Of a DNA stretch of 64,000 bases, positions 51,153 to 62,621 are shown piece by piece. Origin of the DNA: Octopus vulgaris. Its lineage: Eukaryota. The notes beneath the pieces were generated by a model. It made no database searches. It saw only the letters and a list, made by a program, of their open reading frames with translations, and had not been told where the DNA came from. Location: contig OX597817.1 in the NCBI GenBank assembly GCA_951406725.2, forward strand, positions 58,652,001 to 58,716,000, given 5' to 3'. The number at the start of each line of letters is the position of its first letter. Within the stretch, counting starts at the first letter, position 1. The translations under genes and the position numbers were made by a program.

Positions 51153-51403
51153 ATTTGTTTCAGTCATTTGACTGTGGCCATACTAAAGCACTGCCTTTAG
51201 TCGAACAAAGTGACCTCAGCACTTGTTCTTTATAAGCCTAGTAATTATTCTATCGCTCCTTTTTGCCGAACCACTAGGCTAAGGGGACATAAGCACAGCA
51301 ACATCAGTTGTCAAGTGATGCCCAAGGTGCCATGCAGTGGGACTAGACCCAGAACCATGAGGTTGGGAAGCAAGCTTCCTACCACACAGCTACGCTTGTA
51401 CAT

Positions 51404-51441
<38 letters not shown>

Positions 51442-51442
<1 letters not shown>

Positions 51443-51696
51443 ACACAAATAGAGTTTAAAATTTATGACAGCTGCTCCAGTAAAATTGCTTTGATGTATT
51501 GATGTATTCATAGATTAGACCATAGCATACAATCCACCATCTTCAGATAAAATTTTAAACAGGTATTATCTTACTTGTTTATACCTGTTGAAAAGTTTAC
51601 CTGATGACAGTGGATTATATACTCTGATGTAATCTTTGAATACATCAATAAAATTCTACTGGAACAGCTGTCATAAATTTTAAACCTCATTTGTGT
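51442..51696. mobile_element. Diverged Penelope-like inverted repeat with degenerate hammerhead
   Basis: Arms about 51442-51566 and 51581-51696. The plus arm has CTGATGA-CAGTGGA...TCTACTG-GAA-CAGCTGTC. Confidence 0.6.
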
Positions 51697-53161
51697 TCTT
51701 TCTTTATAGCTACACTGCCCTGAGAACCAGCCAGATTTACAGTCGAAATTGGATTTAGTATTTACATATCTTCTGTATCCTACCAACAATACAATACCTT
51801 TGTGGTTGTTTTAACTCCCTGTGAACCCTATCTTATTGTGCCTAGCCACTTCTGGCATCCTACGCATTCATCTGCCTAGATTCTAATTTTTATCTTCTAT
51901 CTTTTATTTGTTTCAGACTGCGGCCATGCTAGGGCACCGGCTTGAAGAATTTCTAGTTGAAAGAATCAACCCCAGGACATTTTTTTAAAGCTTGTACTTA
52001 TTCTATCAGTCTCCCATGCTGAACTGCTAGTTTATGAGGATGTAAACAAAGCAACACCAGTTATCAAGCAGTGGTGGAGGACAAACACAGAAGAAACACA
52101 CACATATATGACAGGATTCTTTCAGTTTCCATCTACCAAATCCACTCACAGGGCTTTGGTCAGCCTAAGCCTATAGTAGAACACACTTGTCCTAGGTGCC
52201 ACACATTGGGACTGAACCCAGAACCATGTGGTTGGGAAGCAAACTTCTTAGCACACAGCCATGCATGCATGCATCTCTCTCTCTCTCTCTCTATCTATTT
52301 ATATCTATCTATCAATATCTGTCTGTCTGTCTATCTATCCATCTATATATATATATATATATATTTCTATTTTATTTGGGTCAATTTAGTCTTTTGTTAC
52401 TCTGAATTTCATCGGTGGATGCACAAGATATTCAAACAATTTATGGCTTAGAATTGATGGGGTTTGCATATCTATATATAGTTTTCTTGTCACGGGGGAT
52501 GGTGATGGTGGTGGAGAGGAAATATGATAATGGGTGCAATGAGGATGGAAGAAAAAATAAACTGAGGAAAAAGAAAGAGAAAAAAATACGAAACATGATA
52601 ATGCTGACTAGCAAGAGACTGACTCAACCAAAATAAATATAGAATTTATCTTCGTTCGGGTATTGAGTGTTCTTTCAACTGACAGCCAACATGTCAACAC
52701 GAAACACACATAATTGTGCTTACATTGTGGAAAACCAGTTTTTCGTGCAAGTCTGATGAAGTATTGCTCTAATGTATAAAACCCACCCTATGTTACCTGA
52801 TATTGCACCTGTAACTTTTGCAAGCAATAGCATTATAAACAGGGTGGTGCTGAAACAATTGTAACTGGTCGTTAAAGATGGGTTAAGCTCTTTCTTCGTC
52901 ATCTAATTTGGATTATATTTTACTGATTTACCAGTGTGGTACCTGGATTTTCTACACCAACAGGATTTCGATCTTCCTTGAGTCTCCAATTCAAGAGCGT
53001 AGATACTCTTGAGTATGGGTTGAGTGCTGCATTGGAAATACTCCAACTTTCTACCTCATCAAGACCATAATATATATATATATATATATGTATATATATG
53101 CATATGTATATATGTAGAAGGTTGAAAAGGAACACACATGTTGATATATATATATATGGAA

Positions 53162-53434
53162 AAAAAAACATTTCAGAACCGGTTTTGGTCATTGAGACTT
53201 TTTCAACTCTAAATATGGAAAACAATTAAATTTTGGAAAAATTAAATGAAAAGTTTTTTAAAAGAATATTTCCATAGTATTCAAATACGAACAAGGAAAA
53301 TGCTTCTTGTATTTGAATATAATGCAAATATTCTTTTAAAAAACTTTTCATTTAATTTTTCCAAAATTCAATTGTTTTCCATACTTACAGTTGAAAAAGT
53401 CTCAATGACCAGAACTGGTACTGAAATGTTTTTT
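53162..53434. mobile_element. MITE-like inverted repeat (~128-bp arms, ~15-bp loop)
   Basis: AAAACATTTCAGAACC...TTCAAATACG pairs with GTATTTGAA...GGTACTGAAATGTTTT. Confidence 0.85.
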
Positions 53435-53463
53435 ATAAAATTATTTTAGCATTTTCTACCTTG

Positions 53464-53498
<35 letters not shown>

Positions 53499-53500
<2 letters not shown>

Positions 53501-54300
53501 AATTGAGATAGGGGTTGTAAATGCAACCTTCCATGGGATAATATATATCCAATATACTGCTAGTGAAGTACCCAACAAAGTTAATACATAAATGTTAAGG
53601 ATTGCGATGCAATCAATTCATTTACTGTATTAATATGGGCAAAGGTAAAATGATTTACCACAAATTACTAATACAAGATAAGAAAATGGAGAAATACATC
53701 TAAATCAAATATCAATTACCAGATAATACTCAATCACATACTTTATTAAACCACCACATAAGAGACTGTAGGGTTAAACATAAAAAAGCAGAACAAATCA
53801 GTGTACATAAAGGAATGCACATAAAAGAGTAATGTTGTATAATAAGTAGAATATATATAAAAAAGAGAATATAAGTAAATATAAATATAAGTATAGATTA
53901 CATCTTACAGCTGTTTCGGCCATGTAGATAAGTATGTCTCATTTTACCAATATTAGCCTTTTATGGTAGGTCAACCTACCATAAAAGGCTAATATTGGTA
54001 AAATGAGACATACTTATCTACATGGCCGAAACAGCTGTAAGATGTAATCTATACTTATATTTATATTCTCTTTTTATATATATTTTACTTATTATACAAC
54101 ATTACTCTTTTATGTACACTTTTTTATGTACATTCCTGTACACTGATTTGTTCTGCTTTTTTATGTACACTGATTTGTTCTGCTTTTTTATGTTTAATCC
54201 TAGAGTCTCTTATGTGGTGGTTTAATAAAGTATGTGATTGAGTATTATCTGGTAATTGATATTTGATTTAGATGTATTTCTCCATTTTCTTATCTTGTAT
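53499..54300. mobile_element. Penelope-like 3' fragment in inverted (palindromic) arrangement
   Basis: 53671-53971 is the reverse complement of 53974-54300 with a 2-nt spacer. Each arm carries the hammerhead 3' half GGCC-GAAA-CAGCTGT-A; (TA)n flanks. Confidence 0.8.
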
Positions 54301-54402
54301 ATATATATATATATAAACTAAAAACAAACTAAAAAAAACAATAAAGAGAGGATGTGGTAGATGTAATGTATAAGCAGATGCTCAGGGAAGGGAAGAAAGG
54401 TG

Positions 54403-54437
54403 GTTTTATGTTTCGAGCAAAGCTCTTCGTCAGAAAC
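54403..54437 (-). ncRNA. Minimal type I hammerhead motif in a Penelope-like repeat (about 54318-54515)
   Basis: Minus strand GTTT-CTGACGA-A-GAGC-ttt-GCTC-GAAA-CATA-AAAC. Cores are intact and stems I and II pair; stem III reads CATA where CGTA is expected. Confidence 0.6.
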
Positions 54438-54749
54438 AGGAGACAGCGGAAAGTCCAAGAGAAAAGGAAGAAGGAGGAAAAAAATCACCAACAATTCACA
54501 AGTGGTTACATTCTGAAATATGTATATATATATGTACACATATACATACACAAACACACACATGCATACAAGAAGAAAGAGAAAGAGATAGATAGCTAGA
54601 TATCAAGGGCAGGGCAACAGGTGGTCATTAAGCCCAAAGACATCAACACACCTAAAGATAGTCGGGTCAGTGGTCACTCCACTGGTGAGAATAGTGGCCA
54701 AAGAGAGACCAGTGACACGAAGATGTAATCTAAAGACAAAGCAACTTAC

Positions 54750-54865
54750 AAAGAGGTAATCGGCCCACACTTTTTTGGCTTTCTCCAAGGCTTTCTGTCG
54801 CAGATTCATCACATGAAGAAACCGTTCTTTTACCCAATGGCAGGGAGATTCTTCATCTGCATAGC
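54750..54865 (-). CDS. COLGALT1: COLGALT exon (116 nt)
   Basis: tctcag acceptor, gtaagt donor; (G)YADEESPCHWVKERFLHVMNLRQKALEKAKKVWADYLF. Confidence 0.96.
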
Positions 54866-55640
54866 CTGAGAATAAGAAAAAAAAACATGAAACAAACAAA
54901 AGAAGGATATAAGTAATGATATACATATTACACACACACATCATCACCATCATCATCATTATCATTTAACATGTTGTCAGCGACATGTCCCACCGGTGGT
55001 TCATCCCACAGTCCACACAACTCTACCAGTGACAGGCTATGGTAGTTAATGAGTTAATATTCATATTCCTTAAGGCGGTGAGCTGGCAGAATTGCTAGCA
55101 CACCAGGCAAAATGCTTAGCAGTATTTCGTCTGTCTCTATGTTCTGAGTTCAAATTCCGCTGAGGTCAACTTTGCATTTCATCCCTTCGAGGTTGATAAA
55201 TTAAGTAGCAGTTGCATACTAGGGTCAATCTAATCAACTAAGCAGCTGGAGATGTGATAGTTCGACCAAAAGCAAAAATAAATATTGAAAAAAAATGCAT
55301 TTGGCCAAATTTGGACATACAACAGTTTAACATAATAGCAACGATATATATATATATATATTTTGTATAAAACAACTTCAAAAGAAGAAGCACACTCCTA
55401 TATATTTATGGAAGGCCAGCAGTCACCCATGCAAACCAGCCTCCACACTCCACGCCACTGATGTTATTCAAGGGAATAGCAAAGGCCGATACAGCTAGAC
55501 ACCAGTGATGTCGCAATTCATTTCTACAGCTGAGTGAACTGGAGCAATGTGAAATAAAGTGTCTTGCTCAAGAACACAACACACAGCCCGGTCCAGGAAT
55601 CAAACTCACTATCTCACCAAACATATATATATATATATAT

Positions 55641-55949
55641 CACCATGATCACCGTGACCAACCAGGCTATCAGATGTTGCTACACATCACTGGTCATAAT
55701 GCGCTTTGCACTGTTTTAGCCTTCAAATGACGCCACCCCGCTGGCTAAGCGGGTAGACCAACAGAAGAAAGAGTGAGAGAAAGTTGTGGTGAAAGAGTAC
55801 AGCAGGGATCGCCACCATCTCCTGCCGGTGCCTTGTGGAGCTTTAGGTGTTTTCGCTCAATAAACACTCACAACGCCCGGTCTGGGAATCGAAACCACGA
55901 TCCTTCGACCGCAAGTCCGCTGCCCCAACCACTGGGCCATTGCGCCTCC
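55641..55949 (-). mobile_element. tRNA-derived SINE, family C
   Basis: Minus-strand head GGAGGCGCAATGGCCCAGTGGTT...GGTTTCGATTCCC with A and B boxes. Part of its body is also seen at about 49035-49080. Confidence 0.75.
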
Positions 55950-56255
55950 ACACACATATATATAAATATATATATGTCAGTCTGACTCAGCTACACATAA
56001 CGAAGTTTCATGGAAGCTTAGAGCAGAGTCCAGCCAAATGGGTTGAGTGCCACTTTCTTTCATTTGTTAACTTACTGCATGTTCCAATGTTCCGATGACT
56101 AGCAACTCACTTGAAACTCAGAGTATCAAGGAGTTTGAATCAAACTATTTTGATCCATACGTGAAACTCCCAACAAATGTGTAGAATGCCCTTATTTCGT
56201 TTGTCTACTCACTCGTATATATATGTGTATATATGTGTGTATATATGTGTGTGTG

Positions 56256-56291
<36 letters not shown>

Positions 56292-57107
56292 TATACATAT
56301 ATATATGCATGTATATATTTTATATATATGCATATATATAAAATATATACATGCATATATATATATATGTATGTATACATATATTTATATATATATGTGT
56401 GTGTATATATGTATATAATGGAACGTGGCTGTTAAATGATGAAGCTGAGTGATGATATATAATGTACCATAATGATCAGCAAAATCCACCCTTGGGGTAG
56501 TTTTTCTGCTGATATCTTCAATAAAACCTTAGAATATAGAACACAGAACTGTGGCCAAGAATTAGATGTTATTGCATACATTCATCTCACACACACACAT
56601 ACACACACACTAGCACATGCATATGCAATGTACCTTAGGAAAGATAGAAGCATTGAACTTGAATATTTGTAAGGAATTTTAAATAATAACCGAAATTATG
56701 CCAAAGTGAATATTAACTACAGAAATTACACTTAATACACCACAACTCTATCAATATCTCTGTCTATCAATCTATCTATTTATCTATCTATCTCTATCTA
56801 TCTATCTATATCTTTCTTTCTATCTATCTTTCTATGTAACTATCTGTCTAACACTATCTATCTATCTGTCTGTCTCTATATATATATGTAAATGTATACA
56901 CACACACACACACACACAATTTCATACTTTAATTTGCATACTGAACTCGTGAATTTAATTCACAAATATTCAGAAAAATATATTTCCATAGAAATGAGAT
57001 TAAATCGAAGAGAGATACTCTGTTATCAAATTACATCTAATTGCGTTTAAATGCATCAGTTGTACTTGTAGAACTGCCTGAATAAGTTAGTGGCTTGATA
57101 CAAGCAA

Positions 57108-57133
57108 ACTGTTGTTGTTGTTGTTGTTGTTGT

Positions 57134-57165
<32 letters not shown>

Positions 57166-57272
57166 CAGCAGCAGCAGCAACAGCAAAAAGAACAAGAAAA
57201 TGGAGAACCATCATCATTATTATTATTATGTGGCCAATAAAAGAATTTATTATTATTATTATTATTATTATT
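57108..57272. repeat. Compound triplet microsatellite (GTT)n(GCA)n(GTA)n(GCA)n...(TTA)n
   Basis: Direct inspection. Confidence 0.9.
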
Positions 57273-58178
57273 CTTAAAAGAAGTGTGTTCTTGAAGTGCA
57301 TGGAGTATGTGAGAGCCTACAGTGTGGTGTTGGGTGCGAGAAGCATGGAAAAGCTGTTAGCTTTATTAAAGACAGCACACTTGAGGAAATAAATTGCTGG
57401 CTTTAATTACTCAGAGACGCTATCTGCATGAAAAATCAACAGTTAAGTTAATGCTGGCATCTTTATTGAGCATCAAAAATCTAATTAGAAATACTGTAAT
57501 GGTGGAGAGAAGACAGCATCAGCTCAGTGGCTAATATTCAATATTCACCATCATTGTTTGAATGTCCACTTTTCCATGTGTGTATGGGTTGGATGGAATT
57601 TGTTGGAGCAGGTAAGCTGTGGTCAGATACCAATCTTCTTGCCGACTGCCACCTGACTCCAATTATGGTAATAATAAGGTGGCGAGCTGGCAGGAACGTT
57701 AGCACATTGGGCAAAATGCTTTGCGGTATTTTGTCTGCCGCTACATTCTGAGTTCAAATTCTGCCGAGGTCAACTTTGCCTTTCATCCCTTCGGGTTGAT
57801 TAAATAAGTACCAGTTATGCACTGGGGTCAATGTAATCAACTTAATCCGTTTGTCTGTCCTTGTTTGTCCCCTCTGTGTTTAGCCCCTTGTGGGTAGTAA
57901 AGAAATAGGGAATAATCTTTCTTCATGACCAGAGATATTTATACAGAAGATTGGAAACAAAGGACACTGCTTGTATGACAGTGACACTCATTTACAACTA
58001 TCACGTGATGTCTAGGCAAAGAGACAGTAATTCATACACACACACACTGTCTTCCCCCATCACACACCTCCCTCAACACAACTCTTCACTCAGTTTAAGA
58101 GTCTTGTCTTGTGAGTTACTTGATGATACCATTGGTGTTGGTTACACACACACACACACAAAAACAAACTTCAGTCCA

Positions 58179-58301
58179 CTCTGTAAAGTGGTTGAATTAA
58201 GAAGGGTCTCTGTAAAGTGGTTGGTATTAAGAAGGGTCTCTGTAAAGTGGCTGGCATTAAGAAAGGTCTCTATAAAGTGGTTGGCATTAAGAAGAGTCTC
58301 T
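58179..58301 (+). repeat. Four tandem 30-bp units CTCTGTAAAGTGGTTGGCATTAAGAAGGGT inside an RTE-type tail
   Basis: Direct periodicity; continues into the ...GTTAAATGATGATGAT tail at about 58440. Confidence 0.85.
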
Positions 58302-58948
58302 TTGGTATGGTAGAAACCCTATCAAAACAGACATACAGCTTGGCATAGCTCTCTGGTTCATCAGTTCCTGTGAAGCATTCTAACCCATGCAAGCATGAAA
58401 AACAGATGTTAAATGATGATGATGACGATGATGATGATGGCTTAGTTGATCAAAGGCAACAGTAGAAGTAGCTTCTTCAAGATTTTACACTTTGAAACGG
58501 TAGCTAAGAGCACACAGTTACAAGCCATAGTTCTTAACCACAAAGCCATGCCTGCACCCCATCACCTAATAGATGTATATGTAGCAGCATTGGTTGGTCC
58601 TCTCTCAGTAGCCATACCATTGAGCAGCTGTCCTACAGCGTACGTAACAAGAACTTCTTCAATGTAAAGATATTGAACTTCATTGACAAAGATGACGGCA
58701 GCCATTTTTGTAAGTTAAAAATCTTGGTAGTAACATTGTACAGTAAATGTGTAGTTTTTTTGAAACTGTCAATTTATATTAGATAAACATTTCCCCAGCA
58801 GAATTTAGAAGTTTTACATTAGCATATCATTGAAAAACGGTAAACAAGATGTAAACCAGTAAATAATGTATGGCTTTGTAAAAATTGTATTCAAACATAG
58901 ATTTGAGCTTATTCACTGTCATATATATTGTGTGTTTGTGTGTGTGTG

Positions 58949-58994
<46 letters not shown>

Positions 58995-59235
58995 ATCGTT
59001 ATTTAACGTCTGTTAAAGGATGATGATGATGATTATAAATATAAAGTATATATACATATATATACTCACTATTTATATGTATAGTAGTCATTTATAAATT
59101 ATATACACATAAATGCATAAATAAATATATGTATAGATACAAAAATATGAATATATAATACATGAATCTGTGTGTGTGTATACACACACACAAACATATA
59201 TACATACATAAATATACACACACAAATTTATAATC

Positions 59236-59271
<36 letters not shown>

Positions 59272-60084
59272 TCATATATATATACACACACACATAAATA
59301 CGCTTATATATCTATCTGTGTATGTGTATACACACACAAACATATATACATACATAAACACACACAAATATATAATCATATATATATATATAGACACACA
59401 CACACATAAATACGCTTATATATCTATCTATGCATGTGTGTGTGTGTTAAAATATTCTTCATCATTCTGCAGAGCAATGCCAGAATTACCATGTTGTTGT
59501 GTTCAGTGAAGAAGAAGCAACTGAGTGATTCCAAAAAGTTCTATGACAAATGGAATATGGTAAAGCAAGAGAGGAAGCTGTATATTAAATATGAAATATA
59601 CACACAGAGATAATAATAACTGTATATTAAATAAATATAAAACACACATACAAAGAGAATATATTTGTATATTAAATAAATATAAAATATATATAGAGAG
59701 AGAGTGTATTGTATATTAAATACAAAATATATGGAGAATGTATTTGTTTGTCTTTTGATTTCGTGAAGACAGAAAAAGACAAAAAAATTTCAAACAAATT
59801 GAATTTTTCCATAAAATATAGCAACAGAATAATATTTACAATCATTCCAATAGAAATGTTAATTATAATATTTCACTGAATTTCATATAATTTAGCTCTA
59901 GGTTTGAAAGGAAATGAGAAAAAGAGAGAGGGGGGCGGGGGGCAGCTCCCATTTTGGAGTTGTATTTGTCCAACAGGTGATTTGATCTGAGATTATGTGT
60001 TGAAACTGAAGTAACAACATTATAGTCAGGCTATTTAATAATATATTTGTTTCATTTGAAATTTAAGTCATGAAGTGTCTTTAT

Positions 60085-60648
60085 TCATCATCATCATCAT
60101 CATCATCATCGTTTAACGTCAGCTTTCCATGCTGGCATGGGTTGGACGATTTTGACTGAGGGCTGGCAAACCAGATGGCTGCACCAGGCTCCAATCTTGA
60201 TCTGGAAGAGTTTCTACAGCTGGATGCCCTTCCTAATGCCAACCACTCCGAGAGTGCAGTGGGTGCTTTTTATGTAGCTCCAGCATGGGGGCCAGTCAGG
60301 CAGTACTGGCAACGACCTTGCTCGAATCTTTTTACACATGCCACCAGCACAGGTGCCAGTAAGGTGACACTGGTAATGATCATGCTCGAATGGTGCCTTT
60401 TACGTGCCACCGGCATGGAAGCCAGTTAGCCGCTCTGGCAACGATCACACTCGGATGGTGCTCTTAGCACCCTACTAGCACGGCCACAAGTGCCAGTAAG
60501 GCAACGCTGGTAACGATCACACTCGAATAGTGCCTTTTATGTGCTACTGGCACGGAAGCTGGTTAGCCACTCTGTCAACGATCACACCCGTATGGTGCTC
60601 TTTGCACCCTGTTAGCACAGATGCCAGTCATCGAATTTGATTTTGATT
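60085..60648 (-). mobile_element. RTE LINE 3'UTR copy
   Basis: (CAT)n on the plus strand, then the shared CGTTTAACGTC...TTTCTACAGCTGGATGCCCTTCCTAA block. Further copies at about 23215-23470, 25877-26140, 28812-29190, 33965-34270, 35333-35668, 45695-45870 and 60848-60980. Confidence 0.85.
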
Positions 60649-61936
60649 ATTATTATTGATAATAATAATAATAATTGGAAGCAGTTACAGAGTGACCCAA
60701 GGGATGAGCATTTTGTGCATCAGCCCTTCTCAAACTGGTTTTAAATCAAGGTGATTACATTTATATACTGGCCTTTATGTCAATGTACAAAACTCTTGGT
60801 CCTTGAGTCAATCTGTACCATCATCATCACCATCATCATCATACTCATCATCATTTAACGTCCATTTTCCATGCTGGCATGGGTTGGATGGTTCAACCAG
60901 GGCTGGCAAGCTGGAAGGCTGCACCAGACTCCAGTTTGATTTGGAAATGGTTTTCTACGGCTGGATGCCATTCCTAACTTCTGCTGATTAATAATAATTT
61001 TTAAAAAAAGTATATCACCACTATTGCTGTCCTCATTCCAGCTACTCTCATCCACCCTTATATAATCTTGGGTAGTCAATGTTGTGATCACTGCGTATCC
61101 TCCGTGACAAAATATCTAACCCCTCTACACTTGGCAAGAAAAACCAACTTTCAAACATTCCCCTCCCCACCCATTTACTTAAGGGGTCTTTTTTCCCTTT
61201 TTCTTGCTTCTCATTCTTGTCTTGCAAGCTGTTTGGTGACCTTAATTGTGCTGGTGATACGAAATGGCACCCCATGCACCCTGTAAAGTGGTTGGCATCA
61301 GGAGGGGCATTCAGCTGTAGAAACCACGTCAAAGTAAAGATAGAAGCTCAATGCAACCTTGTGACTCACTGGATCCTGTCAAACCAACCAATCCATGCCA
61401 GTGTGAGAAACAGACATTGACTGATGATGAATGATGATAACTGATGATGAATGATTCACTCATGTTTCGAAGTTTGTTTTCCTGTTTGCATCACCAAACC
61501 TATTTCATGTGCTTGTCAACATTTTGGTTGCAAACTAGAGCAGCAGTGGAACTATGTCAATGACCAAGCCACAGAATGTCAATGACCAGGCTACAGATGA
61601 GTGACAGCAATTTCCATGACACCTCACAAAATATATTAAAAGTAAATTTGAGAGAGTTGTACATTATTAAATGACTCTTAATGATAAAGAGTTACCATTT
61701 TAGCAGAGAAATGGGAAATGGCTTGTGTAACAGACTGAATACTATATTCCTGACAAAAGAAAGTTAAGATTTTAATCCAGAATGATTTGTTAAATCATAT
61801 TTAAAACATTAATCCTACCAAATTCTTCATTTCTTTGGGAATTTATTGAAAATACAAACACTATTATTTTAGAAATATGGCTCTAAGAGGTTAAAGAGAA
61901 ACTAGAATTAAAAAGATGTCAAGAGGCAGGCCTTAC

Positions 61937-62049
61937 CAGAGGATTTTTCATCGATCTTTAAGTCTATGGAATGATAATACTTTTTGGCATGGCTTGCCCA
62001 TTCTTTCAATATAGCTGATGTGTTGTCAATGTTGTGATCACTGCGTATC
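61937..62049 (-). CDS. COLGALT1: COLGALT exon (113 nt), the most 5' exon in the window; gene is 5'-partial
   Basis: Not in the ORF track. ttgcag acceptor, gtaagg donor; (W)IRSDHNIDNTSAILKEWASHAKKYYHSIDLKIDEKSS(G) with the conserved DHN.DNT..IL.EW. No signal-peptide exon was found in 62050-64000. Confidence 0.95.
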
Positions 62050-62228
62050 CTGCAACAGACAAATGAAAGACAAAGGTAAATTAATCTGGACCAGCAAACC
62101 CATAAATCATAAGTTCAAATACACCTGGAAATGGTATACTATGCTTTTATACAAGATATCTAATGAGTGATTCTAAATATTACAGGTTCAAATACACCTT
62201 GAAAACTGAGTTGTGTCTTTATACAAAA

Positions 62229-62621
62229 CTAGCAGTATCGCCCGGCGTTGCTCAGGTTTGTAAGGGAAATAACTATATACGCATTTTTAGAGATGTAAAG
62301 TATAATAGCCATCACAATATGGCTAACCACAAAGGGGGGGGGGTTACTGTAGCTTTTTACGTTCTGAGATTTAATAATAAATTTTTAGAGAGTTACTTCT
62401 CTTATATATGCCAAAAATGCATTAAAAATGGGAAAAATTGATGGTAAATTCTTTTTAAAATCGTAGACTCATCGTAGACGCGCGCTAATACCCAGAAGGG
62501 CTCGATATGAATCACGACTATAAGATACCTGGTTTTGGTTAAACTGCACCGCAAAATGTGGGAGTAGTTAGGAATCTAAATCGTAGGAGACAGACAGCAC
62601 ACAACCTTTTATATATAAAGA
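62229..62621 (-). mobile_element. Non-autonomous Helitron, copy 2
   Basis: Minus strand A|TCTTTATATATAAAA ... CCTGAGCAACGCCGGG hairpin, CTAG|T; no TSD. Confidence 0.88.

Noticed and set aside
57095-57277. Poly-Gln/Ala/Ser coding repeat of a nested gene
   Set aside because: A compound microsatellite bounded by stops, with no exon context.
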